Source: an uncultured archaeon | Lineage (GTDB): Archaea; Asgardarchaeota; Thorarchaeia; Thorarchaeales; Thorarchaeaceae | Direction: 5' to 3' | Length of the DNA stretch: 14,960 bases | NCBI GenBank assembly: GCA_964590575.1 | Contig: CAZPWM010000077.1 | Location: 1-14,960, forward strand | Program-made: the position numbers and the translations under genes | The notes under the pieces: model-generated | Database searches by the model: none | Seen by the model: only the letters and a program-made list of their open reading frames with translations | What the model was told of the DNA's origin: nothing | Part shown: piece by piece, positions 1 to 7,809 of the stretch | How the letters are laid out: every line of letters begins with the position of its first letter | Numbering within the stretch: the first letter of the stretch is position 1

Positions 1-495
1 GTTGTTCTACCCAATGTCACAATAGGAAGAGGATCAGTTGTCGCGACGGGTTCACTAGTCAATCGAGATTTACCCGAATATTGCCTTGCAGGGGGAGTTC
101 CTGCTAAGGTCCTTCAAGAGAAAGCATTCAATAAACGCCCAAATGATGAAGTAAGAGTCCAATTGATGAATGAATTCCTCGTTAGATTAGATGATATCCT
201 ATCGAGTAAATATGGTAAGGAAAGGAAAACTATAGGGTGCGACGGGTTGTCATACCAGAGCGGACATTGTTTTGCATTTATTCCCGAGTTGAAAGAAACT
301 CTGATGAAAGAGAGATATACGAAATCCAAAGCTGTTGTAATAGCATTTTCAGCTGACAAAACATCCAAAGAGATATTCAAGAGTGGGAATGGTTGTCTCC
401 TCGTACTTGACGACATAGAAATTATTGGAGAGATAGATGACTTCTCGACCAAGATTGTAGACCAGTTTAGAAGATATGGAGTCCGTTTCAAGTAG
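1..495 (+). CDS. Acyltransferase, hexapeptide-repeat (left-handed beta-helix) family, 5'-partial, with a long C-terminal extension
   Basis: Frame +1 is open from base 1: VVLPNVTIGRGSVVATGSLVNRDLPEYCLAGGVPAKVL, the classic end of LbH sugar O/N-acetyltransferases (VTIG..SVV..GS.V..D.P......GVPAK). It continues in frame into the track ORF 163..495, so the track start at 163 is internal. Confidence 0.88.
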   Translation, partial: VVLPNVTIGRGSVVATGSLVNRDLPEYCLAGGVPAKVLQEKAFNKRPNDEVRVQLMNEFLVRLDDILSSKYGKERKTIGCDGLSYQSGHCFAFIPELKETLMKERYTKSKAVVIAFSADKTSKEIFKSGNGCLLVLDDIEIIGEIDDFSTKIVDQFRRYGVRFK

Positions 496-546
496 TACCG
501 GAAACAATATCTTGGATAGCAAAAACGAGAAATCAGAGTGATATTC

Positions 547-1215
547 ATGCAGTGGAAGGTAAGGAATTTTTTGGTTTTATCAGCACATACAGATGATATG
601 GAGCTTGGTGCAGGAGCTACTGTAAGATATCTTATCGAGAGCGGCGCAAAAGCTACTTCAGTGGTGTTTAGTGATTGTAGGAAAAGCGTGGACACATCGA
701 AATATCCAGAAGATGTCCTTAGAAAAGAATGCAGTGCTGCTGCATCCCATCTGGGTATTAAAGATCTCAGAATCCTTGACTTTCCTGTGAGAGACCTCCC
801 AAGCATGAGACAAGAGGTCCTTGAAACAATCTACCAATTGAGAAAGGAGAAGCATTTTGATTTAGTGCTCACATCATGGAATGGAGACCTTCATCAGGAC
901 CATAGGATAGTTGCAGAAGAAACGCTAAGGGCGTTCATGAAACAGGATACAACAATCCTCTCATATCCGATCCCAGGAAATTGTCCTAACTTCACGCCTC
1001 AGGTCTATGTGCCTGTTGATGACGTGAGTCTTGAAAAGAAAATCGAAATGCTGCAGAGCTATCAATCGCAGATAGCAAAACGTATCTATTTCGATAAAGA
1101 GGGGATAAAGGGGTGGATGTCATACTATGGCATTCATATTGGTGTTGGATATGCAGAAGCATTTGTACCGCAAAAGACAGTGATTAGCAGCTTCATTAGA
1201 ACCAAAGGGAAATGA
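547..1215 (+). CDS. PIG-L/LmbE family N-acetyl-sugar deacetylase
   Basis: Metal-binding motifs LSAHTDDMELGAG and DLHQDH, plus C-terminal YQSQ...YAEAF. The start is ATG 547 or GTG 538. Confidence 0.9.
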   Translation: MQWKVRNFLVLSAHTDDMELGAGATVRYLIESGAKATSVVFSDCRKSVDTSKYPEDVLRKECSAAASHLGIKDLRILDFPVRDLPSMRQEVLETIYQLRKEKHFDLVLTSWNGDLHQDHRIVAEETLRAFMKQDTTILSYPIPGNCPNFTPQVYVPVDDVSLEKKIEMLQSYQSQIAKRIYFDKEGIKGWMSYYGIHIGVGYAEAFVPQKTVISSFIRTKGK

Positions 1216-1219
1216 TTGT

Positions 1220-2086
1220 TTAAAACTCACGCATCCCTACAAAGGAGAACATCTCTAACAAAGCAGTAACAGGATTGTTCCCTCTTCCATAGAATCGTTC
1301 TACATCAGAATCATTGAATCTCCACGTTCCTCGTTTTCGTTCATAAAAATAGCCTTTAAGCATCTGAGTACCAAATTGACGTAGAATAAACCTACGAATA
1401 GACCTGATCAGAACTGCCCAGAAGGGACGACCAACATAATAGCTTAATCGCCCCTGACGAAACACTCCTGTTTTTGAGAAGGCTCGAGTCAGTCGATCAA
1501 TATTCATAGGTACTTGAAAAGTTTTCACAGAGTAATCAAAGGAAATAGCTTTGATGTTGAAAAGAGTGTCCGGTGCAATATCCCAATATTTGTCAATCTT
1601 TCGAACGATAGACCAACGTACGAATTTTCCACCGCCCATTGGAAGACCGACCCGGCGCTTTCCGACTTCACCTAGGGGAATCCCTGCAACAGCACCTAAT
1701 CCAGGATCTTTCTCCATAAGCGATAGCAATCGTGCATTATAGTTGGGACAAGGATCATTATCTAAATCCATAATTCCAACATAGCTAATTCCTGTTTTTT
1801 CGATTCTGTCTCTCAGACGAGGAAGAGTTCGATCATAAGCCCGTCCAATTGTATCAAGATTTCCCTTCATCTTTGGAGGCATCGGTTCAATCCAAATATC
1901 GACATCGGGTATTAACGAGGCACATTCTCTAATGATATCGGCAGATCCATCTGTCGAGCCATCATCAATCCATAGCCAAATTTTGGGTTTCTTGCTCTGA
2001 GCAGATACTCGATGAAATGCCTTAGGTATATTATTCCTCTCATTCCATATGTTAGTAATGAGTAGATAGGTAGAATCAGTTTCCAC
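1220..2086 (-). CDS. Glycosyltransferase family 2 (GT-A fold), paralog A
   Basis: N-terminal YLLITNIWNE...WLWIDDGSTDGS, DxD motif IMDLDND, C-terminal GRLSYYVG. GTG 2086 is preferred because homology to paralog B begins there and an AT-rich box lies 30-36 nt upstream. The longest ORF starts at 2167. Confidence 0.85.
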   Translation of the reverse strand: METDSTYLLITNIWNERNNIPKAFHRVSAQSKKPKIWLWIDDGSTDGSADIIRECASLIPDVDIWIEPMPPKMKGNLDTIGRAYDRTLPRLRDRIEKTGISYVGIMDLDNDPCPNYNARLLSLMEKDPGLGAVAGIPLGEVGKRRVGLPMGGGKFVRWSIVRKIDKYWDIAPDTLFNIKAISFDYSVKTFQVPMNIDRLTRAFSKTGVFRQGRLSYYVGRPFWAVLIRSIRRFILRQFGTQMLKGYFYERKRGTWRFNDSDVERFYGRGNNPVTALLEMFSFVGMREF

Positions 2087-2186
2087 TAGCGTACAGGAAT
2101 CTTTACAGTAGCCACAATATTTGTGAAAGGGAAAGCCATTGAGGGGTACATTGGAATTGGCATCCATTTAACACAACAGCTCCTGC

Positions 2187-3410
2187 TTAGACTAATTCAA
2201 GTGTCTTTAGAAACATCGCCATATGTAAAGCTCGTACTGATGGCTTTTCGGGAAAGGTTTGATATTCCTTCAATCCTTTTGTGGTAAACCATTCTTTTGG
2301 GCTAGTCTTTTGAGGTGTTATTGAATTCAAATATTTCTTACTTGCAAGATATGGAGAAATAGTACCGCCCCATCCAATCTTGTCCCAATTTTCCCCTCTC
2401 TGGGATAATTCTGGTGGGAATCTATAGAAATCACGCATTAATGCTCGGATTGGAGCCTTGTTTTTCTTTATGAGGGGACCATATTCGTGAGTCTTCTCCA
2501 TTAACTCTTTGTCCATATATGGGAACAAGACAGTTACTCCATTTGCAAGTGCTGGATGCGAAATAAGATTTGCATAGTTGCCTTTCATAGCCCATAGAAT
2601 CCACCGGTGAATTTCTAGCCAGAGGTCACTTGACCTAATTTTTTCCTCGTAGATTTTGGATAAATCAATTGAACTGCTTTCGACAAATCGCGTAGAATAG
2701 TTTGGTGCGCTATTTGCTAGAAGGAATGTCTTATTTCCGCCCCACTTTAAACTCGCACCTCGATAGAGCCTATTTGGAGTCAATTGTGGAATGTGAGGTA
2801 CAAAGTGGATTTTTCCGCGCGAATAGTATCTCCTATGAATTGTATATCCAGCAAATAGCTCATCGAGACCAAGCGCGTTGACAGCTATGGTAATATCGTC
2901 CTGCTTCATGGCATGATGAGCCATATAGACTGGCACAAGGCTGTATGCTACAATCTTCGAATGTGCAAGTGCTTCTTCTATATAGGGCACTTGAGCCTCA
3001 GGACTTACATCAATGACTTTCAATGGAACATCCACAAAATCAGCAGCCATCTTCGCAAATTGAAGCTCACTGCGTCCTTCGAATTTCCAATCTGTATGAT
3101 ACGCAGTTACCTCAATATCTGGATAGACTTTCTTCATTAGATATAAGAGAAGACTTGAATCAACACCACCAGATAGAGTGAATCCAATCTTTTTGCCAAG
3201 ATGTGGTTGAATAATATTCCTTGTAGCATTAATCAAGAGAGATGAGAGCTCTTCCAATTTCTCTTTTGTCAGCGGTTGGTCAGCTTGACCTATACTCTGG
3301 TCAGGCCAGCTAATATCAGGAGATAGATTTGAATTATTGAATATGCTGAGATCAAACATCTCCCCTCCTGTCTGAAGAACAATTTCCAAGGCATCTCGAT
3401 TTACATTCAT
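2187..3410 (-). CDS. Asparagine synthase C-terminal-domain protein (ATP-dependent amide ligase, no glutaminase domain)
   Basis: PP-loop FTLSGGVDSS, GLDELFAGY, LFPYMD and KIGWG match the AsnB synthetase domain. It lacks the N-terminal CG, HRGPD and NGEIYN motifs. 407 aa. Confidence 0.85.
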   Translation of the reverse strand: MNVNRDALEIVLQTGGEMFDLSIFNNSNLSPDISWPDQSIGQADQPLTKEKLEELSSLLINATRNIIQPHLGKKIGFTLSGGVDSSLLLYLMKKVYPDIEVTAYHTDWKFEGRSELQFAKMAADFVDVPLKVIDVSPEAQVPYIEEALAHSKIVAYSLVPVYMAHHAMKQDDITIAVNALGLDELFAGYTIHRRYYSRGKIHFVPHIPQLTPNRLYRGASLKWGGNKTFLLANSAPNYSTRFVESSSIDLSKIYEEKIRSSDLWLEIHRWILWAMKGNYANLISHPALANGVTVLFPYMDKELMEKTHEYGPLIKKNKAPIRALMRDFYRFPPELSQRGENWDKIGWGGTISPYLASKKYLNSITPQKTSPKEWFTTKGLKEYQTFPEKPSVRALHMAMFLKTLELV

Positions 3411-3486
3411 TTATACTCCCAAGTTGAAGACCAGAGTTATGCAATATAGGCATGCCGATTTCTTATCACCATTTTTTATGATTACA

Positions 3487-5361
3487 TTACTTGAAGAATT
3501 GATTCAACCATGTGTTGAGAGCGGCGATTCTAAAAAGCATGTTAAGTATATCACTATCAAGGGAGAGAAGATTTTTACTAAGAGCTTGTTGAAGCGAGTG
3601 GATATCGATATAGTTCGCGAGCATAGGATGTTGATTCTCAATCAGTTTCGTAATCGGTAATACTTGACCAGCTGCAATCCAAGTATTCTCAGGCGTAGCG
3701 AATCCTATCTTATCTGTCCGAAATCTTACAAGTGGAGGGAGTTCATTTGATAAAGCCTTACGGAGAATCCATTTTGTTACTCCATTTCGTATCGCATATT
3801 TCGGTGGAAGCGCCAGGACATATTCCATAAGGTCAGGATCTAAGAAAGGTATTCTTGTTTCAATTGAGAAAGCCATCGAGTTCCTATCTTCCCATTTCAA
3901 TAGGTGCTGTATGTTTTTAGTCACATACTCTATGAGAGCAACCCTCAGGGACGGTGGTCGTGGAATAACAGGTTTCAACACCTCACGCTCTCTGAAGTTT
4001 TTCCAAAACTCCTTTCTCATCAGTCTACTTTTTCTGGAGTAAACAAATCGTTGGAACCAACTAGGCATAAAGTGCGAAAGAAAAGTACGAATAAAGAAGG
4101 AGTTCTTCCTACGAATTTGAGCTAGTAGTTCTTTGAGGAAAGTAAGGAAATTGCCTTTGAATAGTAATTCAGCAAGATAATATCCAGCCATATAGTCATA
4201 CCCTGCTAGAATCTCGTCAGCCCCTTGACCATCTAGGAGTACTTTCGCTCCATGAGCTTTTGCAAGTTCCATTACACAGTACTGAGAAAATGGAGAAGCT
4301 CCAGTTACTGGCTCTTCTTGATATGTTATGAATTCATTGAAATTCCTACTAAGCCTTTCAGGTGTTGGAGTTGTGAAATGTCCGATAATCCCACAGGAGT
4401 TAATTATGGATTCAATGTATCTCCGCTCATCCTTTGCGTACCAGTTTCCAAACACTGCAGAATATGTTTGAAAATTCTCTCGGTGTTCGTCATCAATCAT
4501 TCCAGATGCAGTCACGACTATACTTGATGAGTCAATTCCGCCACTGAGACATGAGCCAACAGGCACATCGCTCCGAAGTCGCAACTCAATGGATCTTCTG
4601 AATCTCCGCTTTATCTCTTCAATGTGACCAATTTCAGTCCTTTTACTAAAATCCTCATCGTTCTGAGTCTTTGAAACCGCATCCTCAAGGTTATACCATT
4701 GATGAATATGTAAGATGCTGTTCCTTACAGTCAGATAATGACCGGGTGGTACTTGATGAATGCCATTAAAAAATGTGGAATAAGTATGCTCAACTCGTTT
4801 CCGTTGAAGAAAATCATATACTATACCTTCATTGATGGTAATATCATCCAACAGTGGAAGTAATGGTTTAATCTCAGAGGAAATAGCGATGAATTCTTTC
4901 GTTTCCATATAATAGAGTGGTTTGATTCCTATTCGATCTCGGACTGCTAGGAGTTCTTGTTTCTCCTCATTATACAACACAAATCCAAACATTCCATTCA
5001 GTTTTGTAATCGATCCAGCGCCTTGTCTTGCAATAAGTTCTAAGAGTACTTCAGTGTCTGATTTTGTTCTAAATTCTACACCGTTATCTTCCAATTGTTG
5101 TTTCAATTCAAGATAATTGTAAATCTCCCCATTGAAGACAATATGTGAGCCACTGTCATGAGAAGTCATTGGTTGCTTTCCAGCATCACTCAAATCGATG
5201 ATTGCCAATCTACGGTGACCAAGGAATACAAAATCATTGACAAAGGTATCGCGACCATCAGGACCTCTATGCTTCATAGAATCTGTTAGAAACTCCAGAC
5301 GATTCTTGACATCTTCTGATAGCTTCTGACCCTTTGAAATTAGAGCAAGGATGCCGCACAC
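3487..5361 (-). CDS. asnB: Asparagine synthase (glutamine-hydrolysing) family amidotransferase, probably glycan/uronic-acid amidating (WbpS-like role inferred)
   Basis: GTG start giving MCGI (Ntn nucleophile Cys), then HRGPDG, GHRRLAIID, FNGEIYNY, SDTEV, RDRIGIKPLYY, LSGGIDSS, GQGADEILAGY, DRNSMAFSIETRIPFLD and KIGF. 624 aa. Confidence 0.95.
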   Translation of the reverse strand: MCGILALISKGQKLSEDVKNRLEFLTDSMKHRGPDGRDTFVNDFVFLGHRRLAIIDLSDAGKQPMTSHDSGSHIVFNGEIYNYLELKQQLEDNGVEFRTKSDTEVLLELIARQGAGSITKLNGMFGFVLYNEEKQELLAVRDRIGIKPLYYMETKEFIAISSEIKPLLPLLDDITINEGIVYDFLQRKRVEHTYSTFFNGIHQVPPGHYLTVRNSILHIHQWYNLEDAVSKTQNDEDFSKRTEIGHIEEIKRRFRRSIELRLRSDVPVGSCLSGGIDSSSIVVTASGMIDDEHRENFQTYSAVFGNWYAKDERRYIESIINSCGIIGHFTTPTPERLSRNFNEFITYQEEPVTGASPFSQYCVMELAKAHGAKVLLDGQGADEILAGYDYMAGYYLAELLFKGNFLTFLKELLAQIRRKNSFFIRTFLSHFMPSWFQRFVYSRKSRLMRKEFWKNFREREVLKPVIPRPPSLRVALIEYVTKNIQHLLKWEDRNSMAFSIETRIPFLDPDLMEYVLALPPKYAIRNGVTKWILRKALSNELPPLVRFRTDKIGFATPENTWIAAGQVLPITKLIENQHPMLANYIDIHSLQQALSKNLLSLDSDILNMLFRIAALNTWLNQFFK

Positions 5362-5393
5362 TGTTTGTCAGAAAGGAAGAAAACTGGAGTACC

Positions 5394-5403
5394 TATAATG
5401 ATT
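5394..5403 (-). promoter_or_regulatory. Putative BRE/TATA-like promoter box for asnB
   Basis: AATCATTATA on the minus strand begins 42 nt before the GTG start. Confidence 0.45.
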
Positions 5404-5432
5404 GCTGAAGGCACTTACTGAAGCTCGTATTG

Positions 5433-6251
5433 TTAGTAAAACTTCAACCTTTTTAGAAACAGGTGGATTTGTCGCTTCAAACTGAAAAAATAACGAATGG
5501 CTTCATCATCGCACCGCCATCTTGCTCTACTCCATTCAAACCAATAGCCCCTTAGAAATTGTGAACCATACTGATGAAAGACTAGAAATTTCAATCCTTC
5601 AAGTAAAACTATCATAAAATTTTTTCCAATATAATACGACCTTTGTCCATATCGATATCGCCCTTTCTCTGAGAGGATAGTCATTGGAGGGGATTTTACA
5701 AATTCCTCTCTGATTGCTAGTCGATATCCAAGACTTTGTGCTTTGATATTAAAAAAGGAGTCAGGAGCTAAATCCCAGTATTTGTCAAAACTAAATAGGA
5801 TATCCCATCGTACGATCTTACCCCCACCCATTGGTACTTTGAGCACATCATAAGAATCACCTTTGATTCTTCCTGATGAAACGCCAACATCAGGATGAGC
5901 CTCCATGAAGTCTATCATATTTTCAAAATAGTCTAGTGGAAACTCTGTATCCACATCGGCAACTGAAAGATAGTCAGCTGATAATTCTGTGATAATATGT
6001 CTATGTGCCTTATTCCATGCTCGGCCAATTGTGTCCAAATTGCCCTTCTTCTTCGGAGCTATCTTAAATGGCACAATGGAAAGACCAAATTTCTTCGCTT
6101 GTCCGATAGCTATGTCTAGACCATCGTCGGTGGATCCATCATCAATCCATACCCAATGAATAGGCCTAAGTGTCTGATTTGCTATATTCTCAACTAGTTT
6201 CTTTACTCGTTGTCCCTCATTGTATATGTTAGTAACTAAGATGTACGACAC
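5433..6251 (-). CDS. Glycosyltransferase family 2 (GT-A fold), paralog B
   Basis: YILVTNIYNE...WVWIDDGSTDDG and DxD motif VADVDTEFP. It shares GNLDTIGRA, PMGGGK.VRW and DKYWD.APD..FNIKA with paralog A. GTG 6251 is preferred; ATG 6278 and 6287 are alternatives. Confidence 0.85.
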   Translation of the reverse strand: MSYILVTNIYNEGQRVKKLVENIANQTLRPIHWVWIDDGSTDDGLDIAIGQAKKFGLSIVPFKIAPKKKGNLDTIGRAWNKAHRHIITELSADYLSVADVDTEFPLDYFENMIDFMEAHPDVGVSSGRIKGDSYDVLKVPMGGGKIVRWDILFSFDKYWDLAPDSFFNIKAQSLGYRLAIREEFVKSPPMTILSEKGRYRYGQRSYYIGKNFMIVLLEGLKFLVFHQYGSQFLRGYWFEWSRARWRCDDEAIRYFFSLKRQIHLFLKRLKFY

Positions 6252-6514
6252 AAACCAACACCCGGAGCTAATAGACATGTGATGCATCCTACTAAATTCT
6301 GACTCTTCTTAAGCAATTCGCATTCTTTCTTGGTTTGGTCAAACTCATCTTGACTTTGAACAAGAGATTCAGAATCCAAACATATAGTATAGAATCGGAT
6401 AGTGATTGATTTAGAATTCAAAATTAACTCAGTCATATTCATAAAAACCAGAAGCTTGAATAATCAACTAAATCTGGCAAGGAGTGTTTCATGTTCCATG
6501 GTTGGTGGTTCTCA

Positions 6515-7708
6515 ATGCGAATTGCTGAGATTTCTGATCCACTATCGTTCCATACTGGGCAATGGGTAAAACATCTATTGGAAAGAAATGTTGAGTCATA
6601 TGTGGTATACATAGAAGAGTGGATTGGTTCAAGTGTCAAGAGAACTCCTGAACTCAACTGTGAATTACTCCTTTTGAAAAAACCTAGTAGAACTAAACTT
6701 ATCTCATCAATGTTGAAGAATGGGCAATTCGGTGCTTTAATCAAAGGATTAGAAAATAGGACATCATTACACAGCGAACTTGAATTCTATGGACCTATGC
6801 TTCAGAAGTATTTTGAAGAATACGCGATGGACATTGTTCATGGGCATCAACTTACATCAGGAGCTCTTCTGGCTCATGCGTCAAAATTTAAACCCACAAT
6901 TATTTCCGCGTGGGGATCAGATTTGGTCCTAGGACCTGAAAAATACCCGTATCTACGCCCGCTTATCAAGAGCGCAATTAAATGGGCAGATGTGATTCAT
7001 ACAGAAAGCAATGTTTCAGCTAATATTGTTAAACAAGCTTATTCTGTAGATGATGATAGATTTTTCATCTCATCGTGGGGTGTTAATACTGACATTTTCA
7101 TCCGAGATGTAGATACTGAGAATTTCCGCGAGAAGTATGGAATAGGACATCGACCTGTCGTTATTAGTTTCCGGACACTTAATCCATTCTATAGAATTGA
7201 TTTGATTATTCGTGCATTTGCTTTTGTAATAAAAGAGCATCCAGATGCAATTCTCCTTATTGGTAGTGACGGTCCTCTAAAAGATAGTTTAGTTTCGCTC
7301 TGCAAGGATTTAGGGATTAATGAAAGTGTTATCTTTACAGGCTATTTGAAGAATGAAGATGTAGCGAAAGCATTTGCTGCTAGTGATGTCTATGTCCAGT
7401 GCCCAATCAATGATGGTGTTTCAATTTCTGGGATGCAGGCGATGTCAGCTGGAGTACCTATTGTGGCGAATAATGTGGGTGAAGTCGCTGAGTTTGTGGA
7501 AGATGGGGTGAGTGGATTCTTTGTGGACGAACCGGAGAATCCAAGAGATTTTGCAGAGAAGATTTCCCTCATCTTGGGTGATGATAGTCTAAGGAAGAAG
7601 CTGAGTTCAAACTCAAGGCGAATTGCACTAAAAAAACATAATCGGAAATTATTCTTAGACAAGTACATTACACTTGTCGAAAAATTGAAAGAACAATATC
7701 AGCGTTAG
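6515..7708 (+). CDS. Glycosyltransferase family 4 (GT-B fold)
   Basis: DIVHGH, SAWGSDL, WGVNTDIF, LLIGSDGPL, VIFTGY, AMSAGVPIVANNVG and GVSGFFV. The start is ATG 6515 (MRIAEI) or ATG 6491, which is preceded by AAGGAG. Confidence 0.93.
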   Translation: MRIAEISDPLSFHTGQWVKHLLERNVESYVVYIEEWIGSSVKRTPELNCELLLLKKPSRTKLISSMLKNGQFGALIKGLENRTSLHSELEFYGPMLQKYFEEYAMDIVHGHQLTSGALLAHASKFKPTIISAWGSDLVLGPEKYPYLRPLIKSAIKWADVIHTESNVSANIVKQAYSVDDDRFFISSWGVNTDIFIRDVDTENFREKYGIGHRPVVISFRTLNPFYRIDLIIRAFAFVIKEHPDAILLIGSDGPLKDSLVSLCKDLGINESVIFTGYLKNEDVAKAFAASDVYVQCPINDGVSISGMQAMSAGVPIVANNVGEVAEFVEDGVSGFFVDEPENPRDFAEKISLILGDDSLRKKLSSNSRRIALKKHNRKLFLDKYITLVEKLKEQYQR

Positions 7709-7734
7709 AATTACATCTGGGTCTATAACGAGGA

Positions 7735-7746
7735 TTTTTTCACTTT
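7735..7746 (+). terminator. Possible archaeal-type oligo-T terminator of the GT4 gene
   Basis: TTTTTTCACTTT lies 27 nt after the TAG stop, in a convergent intergenic gap with no strong hairpin. Confidence 0.35.
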
Positions 7747-7809
7747 AGGACTGAAATATGCAATGAGAAAATCATGAGAATTGGTGAGATGTGAAACTTC
7801 TGATTTCGT

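Noticed and set aside
163-495. Stand-alone 110-aa protein as listed in the ORF track
   Set aside because: The frame is open upstream to base 1 and encodes LbH acyltransferase motifs there, so this is the C-terminus of a larger gene.
114-806. 230-aa minus-strand ORF
   Set aside because: It is antisense to two well-supported genes (acyltransferase and deacetylase), has no recognisable motifs and has a Ser/Leu-rich shadow composition.
2087-2167. N-terminal CGYCKDSC metal-binding motif on GT2-A
   Set aside because: It is absent from paralog B and lies upstream of the likely GTG start, in a promoter-like AT-rich stretch. It is probably untranslated.
3411-3486. Frameshift or readthrough fusing the two AsnB genes, or a lost glutaminase remnant
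   Set aside because: The full AsnB ends normally, the gap contains stop codons (TAA directly before ATG 3410) and no Ntn motifs are visible.
2187-5361. Lasso-peptide or other RiPP cluster built on the AsnB-like proteins
   Set aside because: There is no PqqD/RRE protein, transglutaminase-like B protease or credible precursor peptide. All neighbours are sugar-pathway genes.
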